Source of the DNA: Flectonema sp. DT1601 | Taxonomy: Eukaryota | DNA length: 64,000 bases | Direction: 5' to 3' | Assembly (NCBI GenBank): GCA_964019425.1 | Contig: OZ025783.1 | Span: 1,116,001 to 1,180,000, forward strand | Shown: piece after piece, positions 35,941 to 47,801 of the stretch | How positions within the stretch are numbered: position 1 is the first letter of the stretch | How the letters are laid out: every line of letters starts with the position of its first letter | Notes under the pieces: model-generated | What the model was told of the DNA's origin: nothing | What the model saw: the letters and a program-made list of their open reading frames with translations, nothing else | Database searches by the model: none | Translations under genes and position numbers: made by a program

Positions 35941-36595
35941 GTTATGAGATGCTATTAGAAAATGATGGATGTTGTTTTTTTTTTTTTTTTTATATTATGC
36001 AAGAAGATGTTTCATAATTCTCTCTTTTTTTTTTTTTGTAGTGCACCTGATTTAAAGTACAATGTCCCTCAACAAAAAGAAAACAATAACACTGCGACAG
36101 CATCGAACATTAGTGCAGAGCTAGGACTGCTTTTTATTAATTATTAGTTTTCTTTTTTTTTTTTTTTTGGATTCTTCTTTTTTTTTTTTTTAAAGTATTC
36201 GTTCTTTAAGTTATAAAAATATTATTTAATGTCATTGGGGGGGAGTAGTATTTTTTTTTTTTTTTCCCCTCCCCCCCTGTGATATCGTATTACTGTAATG
36301 AGCTAAGGTATTATGTGTGAAATAATACTGTCAGAAGTGCCTTTAAGGGTAACGCTAGAAATCGTATTCTTGCTGAGAAGAGTAACTACAGCCATTGTGT
36401 TACTTTTTCAAAAGGATTTCGCGTGCTGTTAACGCCTCCTTTACTTAAAAAAAAAAAAAAAAAAGATAAAAAAAGAAACTCCTCCTTCGCTCGTATATTT
36501 CACAAAAAACAGAAGACTGGAGATGCCAGCTACTGTGAGTCCGGAATGTTGACCGGTGAATATTCCTATTTGCCGTTACAAAAGCATTTCTGATA

Positions 36596-37438
36596 TCACA
36601 GAACACCCGAAGATTTCTTAGCTGCTGAAGCAGTGTCACCGTCACGTGGTAGTTTAATAGGCTCCTAATTTGTGTGTTTTTAAATTTATGATCAGCTTAC
36701 TATTACAACTACCAGTCAGTAGTGAGATTATTAGATTACATACTTTACAACCATCAGCTGGTTCGAGAGCGTCAATAGCAGCGGCAAAGAAACGAAAAGA
36801 GTTATCAAACTCACAATAAGTTCTGATTACAAGAATCTCAACTGGTAATCGACAGCAGTGTAGAGGATCAGGTGTTGGGTCACTCTCAGGTACCATCCAG
36901 TAATGAGAAATTGATCCTTCGATACCATTTGTAGGGTGCCATTCACCCCATCCATTTGTACCCCCTAGAGTCTTCATTTCTTCAGTTGGCCATAACATAT
37001 CAACTGCTTCATTTAACATACCGAACACCCTTCCATTATTAACCAATCGAACACGTCTTCCATCTGTTGCTGGTGTTGCTGGTATCTGCGGACGTTCTCT
37101 TTCCTGAGCCGCTCCCAACCTCTTGCCAACCTTTTCCAACATTCTCTTATCTCTCTGTAGCTGAGCTGGTTGCTTCCTGGGTGACGCCAGGGCTGTCAGT
37201 ATTACTTTCCGAGGGCCTGGAAGCAGTAACAACAAGAATAGCCCTATACCGATAACTGTTTATTAATATTATTTTAAGTTGTATAAAATAGTCAATAACC
37301 AACGGCAGTCCCATTATTAATAATAAGCTACCCGAACATACCTGAAAAAGCTGTAAACACCTCCCCCCAGCTATTCGCTCCCCACATCCATTGACGGATT
37401 AATCCAAGGCTTACTGCCGCAACTAGTGCTGCAGTCAT
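36596..37438 (-). CDS. Hypothetical protein with N-terminal hydrophobic segments; join(37342..37438, 36744..37255, 36596..36664)
   Basis: Two GTATGT...AG introns (37256-37341, 36665-36743) give a continuous 225-aa frame from MTAALVAAVSLG to KKSSGVL. No family recognised. Confidence 0.7.
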
Positions 37439-37703
37439 TGCATTGTTTAGATAATACTGTGGGTGGGTAAGTTAACTTACTCTAGCACTGATGAGATCTG
37501 ATTAGGTAATCGATTTCCTGTTATTTGAATAGAAGGGATTGTTATAATTATCAAAAATATATAAAATTCAATTGGAAGCTCATGACGCTTGCTGACGAGC
37601 GAAACAATTCCGCGTCGAGTTTCTGAAATAGAATGAAAGTTTTTTTTTGTTTGATTATTCAAAAGAAAACCAAACATGTGAGGGAGGTCTTGAGATAACT
37701 AAT

Positions 37704-38783
37704 TCAAGAAAGGCATTTCGGACATGCGAAAACGTCCAACTGTTTCGAGGCACAGTTTACGTTACCAACAATATCATCTAGAGAGAATGTAAAAACATTA
37801 TAAGATGATTGACTTAACCAACTCGCATAAGAGTTCAACGGATCAGATCTATACCACGTCGAAGGATCCTCATGAGAAGGAGGAGGACAATTCTCTGGAC
37901 TCTGACAGAGCCCTCTGTTGATGGCTGCACAAGAATCCGCTGTTAGATTTCCATTCCGACCTCTATCATCTAAAACACATCCATAAATAGTACAACTTGG
38001 ACATCTTGCTCCCTCCATTAGCATTGGTTTAAATCGATCCATTGCCGCACACATTCCATTCACATCCTCTGCCTTCCCATTCGAAACTAAATTACACAAG
38101 TGATGAGAACTAATACATTGAGCAACACTAATATCGGATACAATCGATTTTTTAAAAGTCGGACAGGAATTATAAAAATGACTAAGCGGACACGTGTTGT
38201 AGGTCATCTTACAAAGATGATTTGGACGTCCTGGGAATGGTCCGGTTCCACTACCTAAAGCTCCAGGAGAGTTCATTAGGATGGGCAGTGCAGCAGCATC
38301 AACATAACTAATATCATAATCAACAAAAGGAGTTCTTACATTATCTGTTGAAGCTCGTCGAACTCCGAATGTAAATTCCAAAAGCTGAGCATAGTCATTT
38401 GAGGGATCATCTTGAACAGGGAACGCAGTGTACGGTTCCTGACCAAACGATACCGGATCTTTATAATATAAATAAATCCTACCAGCTGTAACTGTAAGAC
38501 TGGGTAGTACAAACTGAATGGTTTCACCCTTGGCCAATCTCTTTGATCCCCAAACGGTAGCTGGACTTCCACTTGTCACAACTGCCCACAGAGTTACTGA
38601 ACAATGATTTTTAATATTAACACATGGCATTTTACTTGGACAACTATCAAGCGTTGCTACTTCAGGTCGGCAATTGCACCGTGCCACTGCTAAGTCTGAT
38701 TCATTGTAAGCGAGTAACTCCCACCCGAATATTACAATTCCTAACGCGGTTAAGAGATATAAATATCTACTGCCACTCGGCAT
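37704..38783 (-). CDS. Secreted or membrane-anchored Cys-rich GH64/thaumatin-like (beta-1,3-glucanase superfamily) protein
   Basis: N-terminal hydrophobic segment; NIKNHCSVTLW, LLEFTF, DYDISYVDAAALPI, CAAINRG, NSYASW, FTFSLDD. Confidence 0.7.
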   Translation of the reverse strand: MPSGSRYLYLLTALGIVIFGWELLAYNESDLAVARCNCRPEVATLDSCPSKMPCVNIKNHCSVTLWAVVTSGSPATVWGSKRLAKGETIQFVLPSLTVTAGRIYLYYKDPVSFGQEPYTAFPVQDDPSNDYAQLLEFTFGVRRASTDNVRTPFVDYDISYVDAAALPILMNSPGALGSGTGPFPGRPNHLCKMTYNTCPLSHFYNSCPTFKKSIVSDISVAQCISSHHLCNLVSNGKAEDVNGMCAAMDRFKPMLMEGARCPSCTIYGCVLDDRGRNGNLTADSCAAINRGLCQSPENCPPPSHEDPSTWYRSDPLNSYASWLSQSSYNVFTFSLDDIVGNVNCASKQLDVFACPKCLS

Positions 38784-39448
38784 CTCATGAGGTGAGGGGC
38801 TGCAAGAAGTAAATCAAACCAATTACAAGAAAGAGAGAACTCATTTTTTTTTCTAATTACTGTTTCTGTGAATGAATGAAGTCATCCCGTCGGCAATAAA
38901 GCTTTTTGTGATCAAGAAACAAAAAGAGAGTTTTTTTTTTTTTTTTTTTGATGGCGACAACCGCCAACTATTTTTCGATCATTTTTTTTTTTTTTTTTTT
39001 TTCATTCTCATTATTATCTTCATAAAAAAAAAGAGGTTCAATTGCAAACTCAAGAAGGGTTAGTTGATTGGTTCTTTGGTTAACTTCTCAGACTTGTCGG
39101 CAGCACTCCCTTTGTTGTGTGCGCAACCAAAGTCACGACTAGCCAATAAAAATATTTAAAAAAGAACAACCAAAATAATAAAACTATTATTATTAGGGTT
39201 GACAATAACCAGTTTTTGGTCGTGAAAAAAAAAAAAACTATATTTTTTTTTCGCAACCTGTACCCGCGTGGAAAATAAAAATGAAAAAATAAAATAATAA
39301 TAATACCATCACTAATAAGTAACGTTTCCCGAAGATGTCGGTCACACTAGTCAATTTTTATAAAGCAAAACCGTTTTCTCTTCAACGGATAGGTAAGTTG
39401 TAATCACCTCATCTCCTTACAACTACAACATAAGTTTTGCTTTGACAG

Positions 39449-41771
39449 CTATTTCTTATTGGCGAGTTTCTTTGTTTGCTTCTCACCCTCTTTCTTCAAC
39501 TTCTTTACGGCTCCTTTGCTGAGTTCAGCACCGGAAGCATCGTGAGTTGGAATTCCGTCGTTGTCGAATTTCGAGTACTTGTCAGTCTGCGCCTTGAACA
39601 TTTCCCTGAGGGTTTTTTTTTTTTTTTTTTTTTTTCCCCACGCTAACACATGAAGTGAAAAATAAAATAGCACAGCAGCAGAAGCCGCATAAACATAAAG
39701 TAGCCCAATAAAACACATACGATGCAGGAAGGTTTTCAAGAAGTTTTTTGAGACGCATTTGCTCCTCCTGCTGGGCCTTACGAGAACGACCGGTGTCTTT
39801 TTCAGGTCCTGAAGCACGGAGGGTGATAGTTCTGTTGAAGATAATGTTGTCTGACTTACTCTCCTTGTCAACTACGAAGTAACCGAGTCTTTCGAATTGG
39901 AAACTGGTTTCTGGTTTTGCAGATGATACATTCTTCTCAACCGCAACTGGATGAGTTTGAATTGAATTGTTGTTCACCATCTTGAGAACCTTTCTACGCT
40001 TTTCATCATGGTCAGTTAGACCTTCTTCCTCTTCAACAACTTCTTCTTCTTCTGGCTGTCCAACATTGAAGAGAGGTTCATAGATGTTTGCCTTCGCCAT
40101 GACACAGTCTTCTGTTGATACCCAACCAATGTGACCTGGGACCTTACGTTCTCCTGCAACTTGATGAGTACACTTTAATTCAACAACAGCCTTAGTAGAA
40201 GGATCTGTGATTACTTCGACTACCTTAACAATAATTCCACAAGTACGAAGCATCACTTCACCGTTAGGTTTTAATCTAAAGTAGTCATCTGAAGGGTTCA
40301 TCATGAAGTCACCCTGATCGATGTACAATGTTGGAGTGAACAACACGGTTCTTGAACCCATTGATGGTGTCTTTGGGTGATTGTCAACTTTAAACTCCTG
40401 ACGATGATCAGCTGGTAGATCAGTGATGGTTAATTTGATAGGTGAGATGGCTGCAAATCGACGTTCACAATTAGTATCAAGTTCTTCACGAACTACATCA
40501 TCAAGTTTAGCAGTATCAACAACTGAGAAGTTTCTAGTCACTCCGATATTCTCACAGAATTTACGAATAGCTGCTGGAGGAATACCTCTTCTTCTCATAC
40601 CACACAAAGAAGGCATTCTTGGATCATCCCATCCAGAGACAACTCCTTCATTCACACAAACGTTTAGATTCCTCTTTGATAAAACGACGTCTTTCAATAC
40701 CAACTTTGCGAACTCAGTCTGAATAGGTCTGCACTTCTCTTTTCCCGGAATAGGAAGGTTCTCAACAAACCAATCGTACAAAGGTCTGTGGGCATCGAAC
40801 TCAAGAGTGCAGAAAGAATGAGTGATTCCTTCAATAGCATCTTCCTGTCCATGAGCGAAGTCATAAATAGGATAAATACACCATTTGTTACCAGTATGAG
40901 GATGTTCCTTATGAAGAATACGATACAGTCCTGGATCTCTCATGTTTAAGTTAGCTGACTCCATGTCAATCTTTGCTCTGAGAATGTGACTTCCCTCTTT
41001 GTGTTTACCATCACGCATCTCTCTGAAGAGGTTTAAGTTTTCTTCTACAGATCTGTTTCTGAAAGGACTGTTGACACCTTTCTTTATCGCAGATCCTCTG
41101 TTTTCACGAGCCTGTTCTTTAGTTTGAGAATCAATGTACGCCTTTCCATCTTTAATAAGGATCTCAGCCCACTCGTATAAAGTATCAAAGTAAGAACTGG
41201 CGTAGTATTTGTGTTCACCCCAATCAAACCCAAGCCACTTTACATCTGACTGGATAGCGTCGATGTATTCCTGTTTCTCAGATGTTGGATTAGTGTCGTC
41301 GAATCGAAGATGACATCTTCCACCAAATTCCTTTGCGAATCCAAAGTTCAGACAAATGGATTTCGCGTGTCCGATGTGAAGATAACCATTCGGCTCTGGA
41401 GGGAATCTCGTTCTAATGACGTCTCCCTTTCGTCCAACTCTGTCGTTAATTCTTCCTCCTTTTGCCAAATCCTTTCTAATCAATTCTCTTAAAAAGTTTG
41501 CTGGTTCAGCTGAGACTTCGGCTGGCTTAGCAGCTGTCTCAGTCTTCGGCTTCTTCAAAGCAGACTTTGCTGGGACTGCTACTTTTGGTGATCGTTGAAT
41601 TCCGATTCTATCACCTACAGTGTATCTAGCCATGTTTGCTGCCCACTCTGCGACGGTTCTGTTTCCTGCGAATATCTTTTCGAACATCTTAGCGTCCTGT
41701 TCAGTTGGCTCGTATCCCTCAAGGTAAGGCCGTTCCTGAAGCTTGTCGTTAACCTCTTTCTGGTTTGACAT
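39449..41771 (-). CDS. QARS: Glutaminyl-tRNA synthetase; join(39721..41771, 39449..39605)
   Basis: [65 protein letters not shown]. Intron GTATGT...A(n)CCCTCAG at 39606-39720 joins LPAS|EMFK. Confidence 0.93.
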
Positions 41772-41986
41772 TTATATGATTTCCTTGAGAGGAAGAAAAA
41801 CTAAAAAAGAATTGAACGACAGGAACCCAACAAGCTCAAATTACATAAATACCTGATAGCCTGTTGTAATAATAAACAGAAAACTAAATTTTAAAAAAAA
41901 ACAAAAAGTGTTTTTCACTACAATTAATAAATAACGATCTCCATAAGTATTGTACAATCTAATTATAATAAAGTTTACAACATTTC

Positions 41987-43237
41987 TTATTCTTCTTCAT
42001 CTGAAGTGCATAGTTTCTGTACCATGCTGAAGGCTGTTTCTTCAACGTCATTTGAAGGGAATATTTCACGCATCATACTAAGATACGTGTCTATGTACTC
42101 TGTTGTTAGTTCTAAGGCCGCATATGAAGCATCCCGTCCATGAAGAGCGAGTTGCATTGATTGAGATAGCTGTTCCATTCCAGGGAGGATGTTTGCGAAT
42201 GGGAATGAATTTTGTTGGAGTTCTTTATTCCGACGAGTTTGCTCGTCTTCAGACACCTGTTGGTTTAGCTCAGCTAGTTTTAATCTATAATCAGCACACT
42301 GAAGACAAACAGTTCCAACTTGAGTTGTCAGAGATGCCATTTCTGTGTTCAACTCATCCGCGAGTTCTTCTTGCGATTGCTGTGGCTGCTCTACTTTTTC
42401 AGGTGAGCTGTCGAAGTATCGATCACTTCCATGAGAGATTGTTGGAGATGGTGCCCTAACAGATACTCTACTGGTTTTCTTAGGTGAAGTTTCAGGAGAT
42501 GATGCAACAGTTGTGTATAACTTATTAGTTAACATGATGATCGTTTCTTTTGCTTTAACGAGTTCTGTTTTTAATATTTCGATACCTTCTTCCATATCAA
42601 CTTGTTCATCAAGACCATGACCACTCATTTGATAAGCGACGTTGTGAAGTGCTTCAACGAGTGCTTGGGGTGTGTTGGTGCTGCTGCGCTCAACTTTTGA
42701 TATTTCATTCCACAAAATGGAATAGCGTTCTTCCCATTGGATTGCTTTTTGTTTCCAACGTTCAGATACTTGTTCTAATCTATTAATACGAGCGGTCTTT
42801 TCATTATCAGGAGAGACCTCTCTTGTTGGTGATTGTGATTTCCTACCTGGAGCTCCACCTCCTCCTGGTCTAGGTCTTGGTGACGACGGTGCAGTTGTTG
42901 CCGTCATTTGTTGTCTTTGAGGACTTCCCCAATCGTGGTACTCATCTAGCCTTGCTTGCATTTCAACCAATTGTTTTCTCCGAGCTTCATTTAGTTGTTG
43001 TAGTCTGGCTACTTCTCTACGAAGTACTCGATTCTCTTCTTCTAAATCCATCATGTCTTGAGTGGTTCGTGGTCCAAATTCTGGTTCTGGTTGTTCTTTA
43101 CGAATGTCATCACCTCCCCAACTAGTTCTCGGATTGTACATTGGTGGTGAACTCTCTGTGTCATCTTCATCAACCTGATCAGTATATCCTTGAGGTGTTC
43201 CTCCTGAGACACTTCCACGTAGTCCACTTCCTAACAT
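41987..43237 (-). CDS. Hypothetical coiled-coil protein
   Basis: 416-aa ORF with heptad-like E/Q/L/R segments and Ser/Pro-rich linkers. No family recognised. Confidence 0.75.
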   Translation of the reverse strand: MLGSGLRGSVSGGTPQGYTDQVDEDDTESSPPMYNPRTSWGGDDIRKEQPEPEFGPRTTQDMMDLEEENRVLRREVARLQQLNEARRKQLVEMQARLDEYHDWGSPQRQQMTATTAPSSPRPRPGGGGAPGRKSQSPTREVSPDNEKTARINRLEQVSERWKQKAIQWEERYSILWNEISKVERSSTNTPQALVEALHNVAYQMSGHGLDEQVDMEEGIEILKTELVKAKETIIMLTNKLYTTVASSPETSPKKTSRVSVRAPSPTISHGSDRYFDSSPEKVEQPQQSQEELADELNTEMASLTTQVGTVCLQCADYRLKLAELNQQVSEDEQTRRNKELQQNSFPFANILPGMEQLSQSMQLALHGRDASYAALELTTEYIDTYLSMMREIFPSNDVEETAFSMVQKLCTSDEEE

Positions 43238-44222
43238 TGTGATGACGTGACGCTGAAGAACAAATATAAATAATTTTTTTATTCATCTTTTATTAATCTT
43301 TATGTTCAAAAGTCCTTCAGAAGCTCTGTGTTTTATTGTTATGGTATTAACACACTGTAAAAAAGAGGTATTATTTATCGAAAGACAAACTGTGCTCAGA
43401 GTCTGTAACTGGTAGGCGGTGCATTAAAGAAAGGCGGACATATATAAAAAAAATAAAAAAAAAATATATTACGTGTGAGTGCGAGGAGAACTACCTATTA
43501 CAGAAACGTCTATTGAAGTACTACAGATGGTACGTACTTAGACCCTCATAAGACACTGCACCGTATTTCTCAGTATTTTTCAGATATTTTTTTCCATTGC
43601 TATGCCAGACCGTATATCGAGATCAGGAACAGAAAAAAAAAATTCGTTCTCTCTTTTTTTTTTTTTTTAAAAATAATATTCAATCCTTCTCTTGTTCAGG
43701 CTCTACGAAGAAAGAAATAATTGACCTTAACTCTAAACTTTTACAATAAAAAGACCACCGTCTAAACTAAACGATAGTCAGCAGTAAATCTATTTAATAT
43801 AACAGTGAACATGAGTTAGTTAGTATTAATAATTATCAGTTCAATCAAAAAAAAGGGCAAAATTTTCGTAGGACAACAAACAAGTTGGTTTCGGGCTAAG
43901 ATTAAAAACAATCTTTCTTCGGACCATTCTCTTACCCAGCCCTCTTCAGCGAAGAAAGCAAGGGGGACAATGCGGTGTCAGGCCTGTCCTACTCATCGCG
44001 TTTGCCCTTCTCAGCCAAGGGAACCACGTCAACATTTCTTTTACCATTTAACACAGTCCCCTTATATAAATATACCAGAATATACAAAATACAAACTGAT
44101 GACTACGAGGGGTCTGGGTAGCCCGCATCAGTAAGCACCCAATCGCAAAGATTGTAGTTTCATAGTATCGGCTGGAAGTGATCGAATATGAGTTTATTAT
44201 AAAAAAGTGCACTAAATTAAAA

Positions 44223-44261
<39 letters not shown>

Positions 44262-44794
44262 TAAAAAAAACACAATTGTTCTGCTGTTTAACACAACAGT
44301 GAACAAGATGCTTGGGTTTGCAAATACATTTCAGAATAATTAATTATCTTTTTTTTTTTTTTTTTTTTTTTTTTTCTTCTTTGCGCCGATGCCTCAAAGG
44401 AGTAGAACCCACTTCAGGCGCAATAAAAAAAATTATCTTATTCACCACTTTGAAGGGAAATACAAATCACACAAAAAAAGGGTATATTTATGAAACAAAA
44501 TGAAAGTAGGAGAATTAAAAAAAAGAAGAAGAAAAAAGGATAGTGTACGGGCGGATAGCTTTCAAAGAAGTGTCTGCGGAGGGTACCAGTTTGTAAAGGA
44601 AAAAAATAATATTTGGTGTAAAGAGCGAAACAACATCCCCCTTGTATTTCAGTCTTGTCCGCCAACGAAAGCTGTAAAATAGAAAAAATTAAAAATCAAC
44701 AAATCTATTGTCGTCTACCCAGCAGTTATGCTGGGCGATCTTTTGATCAAAGTTTCTCAATCGTTTCATTCGATCTGATTGACAACTACCTCTC

Positions 44795-44994
44795 NNNNNN
44801 NNNNNNNNNNNNNNNNNNNNNNNNNNNNNNNNNNNNNNNNNNNNNNNNNNNNNNNNNNNNNNNNNNNNNNNNNNNNNNNNNNNNNNNNNNNNNNNNNNNN
44901 NNNNNNNNNNNNNNNNNNNNNNNNNNNNNNNNNNNNNNNNNNNNNNNNNNNNNNNNNNNNNNNNNNNNNNNNNNNNNNNNNNNNNNNNNNNNNN
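44795..44994. other. Assembly gap (200 N)
   Basis: Run of N characters; it interrupts the MINDY CDS. Confidence 1.
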
Positions 44995-45890
44995 ATCGTA
45001 GAGAAGTGATTGTTTCGAAAGAAGACACACAACTCACCATCTTCTAATCCGTTAGTCAAAGCAAAGAGTCCTCCATACGATAGTTGTGATGCTGTAGTGT
45101 TCATAAATGACTCAGCTACGATACCTTTTTGAATGACGTCAGCATTTTGTTCTGATTCTGGTTTACAACTTTCATCATTTTTATTAATAATCAACTCAAC
45201 GAGTCCGTTATATGATTGGTCTTTAACAATATCATAGTGTTCATCACCTTCTGAGGGAAGCCATCCGTGAACTAGTTTAATACCGAAAGCATCAAAACAT
45301 GCGACACCTGGTCCTAACTCACATCCCTTTATGCTGCTGTACTTTATGTTGATATCCATACCCTTTTCGAGTGAGGGTAATAATGAGATTGCTTCATTTA
45401 GAGCCCATTGAGTGTTTGGGTCATCAGCTAATCCTCTCATAGCAAGTCGTTCTTTTAAAGCGTCGCCTACCATTACGACGAGGTCTGAGAATGTAACACA
45501 CGCTCTGTCTTCGTGTATTGTTATAACGTGTTTTAGTAGTAAAATGTTGGTAATCGCAATCAGAGGACAGGGTCCGTTTTCATTTTGAGTGATGATACCA
45601 ACACGATTTCCTTTATATAATATCCTCTTAATCATGTAAAGAGATTCTTCTTTCGGTGCTGGTGGTTGAGGCTGGACAGCCGCCTCTGGGACAGGCTGCG
45701 ATGAAACCGCCTCCGGCTCGGGTGCAACAACTTCACCTGTAGTTGGCATTTCATTCACAACTTCCACTTCTTTCTCCATATCAAGTTCGTCAATTTCATC
45801 TGTCGTTTCTATTGTCTGAGGTTCTAAGGGTTCGCTTTGCTTTACATCCTCTCGTTGGTGTTCATTCACTTCTTGTGAGTCATCAGTCAT
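44995..45890 (-). CDS. MINDY-1/2 family deubiquitinase; 3' part lost in the assembly gap
   Basis: Catalytic Cys motif TQNENGPCPLIAITN; LVHGWL; QLSYGGL; His motif VFFRNNHFST. Confidence 0.9.
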
Positions 45891-46145
45891 TGTTCTGAGT
45901 GGTGCTCTGATAAGATAGTTATAAATAAATTAGAAATAATCAAAAGAATCAATTGAAAGGACATTCAATTATTATTGACTTCGCCACTAATTAAGATACT
46001 TCGTTACATATTACCTGATTAAAAGAACTGAAATACGAAGTCAGTGACATCTAAAAGACGAACTGCTTGTGATTATGAGTTGCCGCTAAGAGACAAAAAG
46101 AAATACAGAATCAGAACACAGCCGTACTTATATTCGGGAAACACA

Positions 46146-47609
46146 TTAATCAGTATGTGACATCGTTCCATAATTGCGGGTTCGCGGGTTTGCGAGAGGT
46201 ACAGGATAAGTGGGAGGTTTGAGAACCGTTTTAGGTTCTCTGGGCGGATTTTGTTGAGTTCCCACATAATATGCAAACGCCACAAGCGATGTCACTACCA
46301 AGAAAAGAAGATAGTGATGAGAAGAAGAGATCTCCGGCATATCAACAACAATACAAACATCAATACCAGGCGGCATAACAATATTACTGTTACCTGGCAA
46401 TATACCTAATCCAAGTGTCTGTGACTTTCTATTAAAAACAACATAGAATGACGACATGAACGTATCACCAAGTATTGTCTGAGGAGGCATATCGATGGTA
46501 CCTCCAGTACTGGCTATACCAAAACATTGATAACGAACTCCTTCACTGATCGCTGTTGAGAAATAGCCTTCTGGTGGGACAGCAACTGTAACACCTCCTT
46601 CAAATGTAAAATATAAAATTGGGAATTGTTTTATGTCGATAACAATACAGGTTTGACTTCTGAAAATATCAGCACTTCCCAAGTAAGTTGAAACACCAGG
46701 TAAGTGACTATAATACTTTTTAAAAACACGCACAATGTTGTTATAAATTACAGGCGGTACTAATGTCAGTGTAGTACCACTATCGACAATTACTCTACCG
46801 AAAGAGTTATCAGCAACAGGATGAGTACCAACTCTGAGACAGGTGGGTTTGACTTCATAAAAACCAGAATTACTATTCATAGGGATCACTTTCAGAGATG
46901 AATATCTGCTTCGATCAAAACCTCCGATGTGTAAAACACCCGACTCAGCAACACCTTGTGTTCCAATTAATATTGAGAATACATTTGGTAAATTATATTT
47001 ATTACAAATCTCGTCGATTAACGTTCCAAAAGGTGGATTCCCAACATTCAGAACTGATCCACCAATGCCAAGGATACCATCGACGGATGTATTAGAAAAC
47101 ATCCCCGGCTTGTTTTTCATAATATTACCAAAGTATAAAGTTGTACTGTAACTTCCTAATGATACGACATCCGATACTATTATTCCCTCTTCGTAGGTAC
47201 GGTCAGCATATGATATTTTAAAGTAACAACCAGATCCCCAGGCAGTTGAATAACTAGAACAACGACCGTCATCACGCTGAAGTACAGCACCAGTTTGTGA
47301 CGTCTTTAAGTCATACCACATTCCAGGAGAGCGGAAAAAACAGTTTGTGCACTCCTTTGCTGGAATTGCTAGTGTTGAGCTCGCAGTATCAATTATTACT
47401 CTAAATTTTTTACCTGAAATTGTTATTTCTGCATAAGTCAATACATCCAACATAAAGACTGGTGATTCAATAAGTGTCTTACGTACTTCTGTCACGCGGC
47501 ATCTCCCCTCTCCGTTGGGTCGTATCTGTTCTATTACAGCATTAGTTTTTATTAAGTCGATACTAATAAACCCATACAGAGCTGATATCAAGATAGAAAA
47601 CAGTACCAT
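46146..47609 (-). CDS. A1 (pepsin-family) aspartic protease with signal peptide and C-terminal TM helix
   Basis: IIDTASS and IVDSGTT catalytic motifs; SYAD flap; DGILGIG; ILGDTFM; TM segment YLLFLVVTSLVAFAYYV. Confidence 0.9.
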   Translation of the reverse strand: MVLFSILISALYGFISIDLIKTNAVIEQIRPNGEGRCRVTEVRKTLIESPVFMLDVLTYAEITISGKKFRVIIDTASSTLAIPAKECTNCFFRSPGMWYDLKTSQTGAVLQRDDGRCSSYSTAWGSGCYFKISYADRTYEEGIIVSDVVSLGSYSTTLYFGNIMKNKPGMFSNTSVDGILGIGGSVLNVGNPPFGTLIDEICNKYNLPNVFSILIGTQGVAESGVLHIGGFDRSRYSSLKVIPMNSNSGFYEVKPTCLRVGTHPVADNSFGRVIVDSGTTLTLVPPVIYNNIVRVFKKYYSHLPGVSTYLGSADIFRSQTCIVIDIKQFPILYFTFEGGVTVAVPPEGYFSTAISEGVRYQCFGIASTGGTIDMPPQTILGDTFMSSFYVVFNRKSQTLGLGILPGNSNIVMPPGIDVCIVVDMPEISSSHHYLLFLVVTSLVAFAYYVGTQQNPPREPKTVLKPPTYPVPLANPRTRNYGTMSHTD

Positions 47610-47801
47610 GTTGTTACGATTGATATCTGTTTAGTAACTATCTCGTTATTAATTAAAAACAGATTGGAGAACCAGTAAGACAATGACATAATGGTACTGG
47701 ACAAGTACAACAGATAATGTGGTCGCTTATTAGCGAGGAGATCAAAGTTTTTTTTTATTTTAATTTTTTTCTATTTCATTTCCTTTTCAAGTTAAAGTAA
47801 T

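Noticed and set aside
44689..45047. ORFs spanning the N run; apparent MINDY truncation or pseudogene
   Set aside because: Artefact of the assembly gap; frame and length across the gap are unknown.
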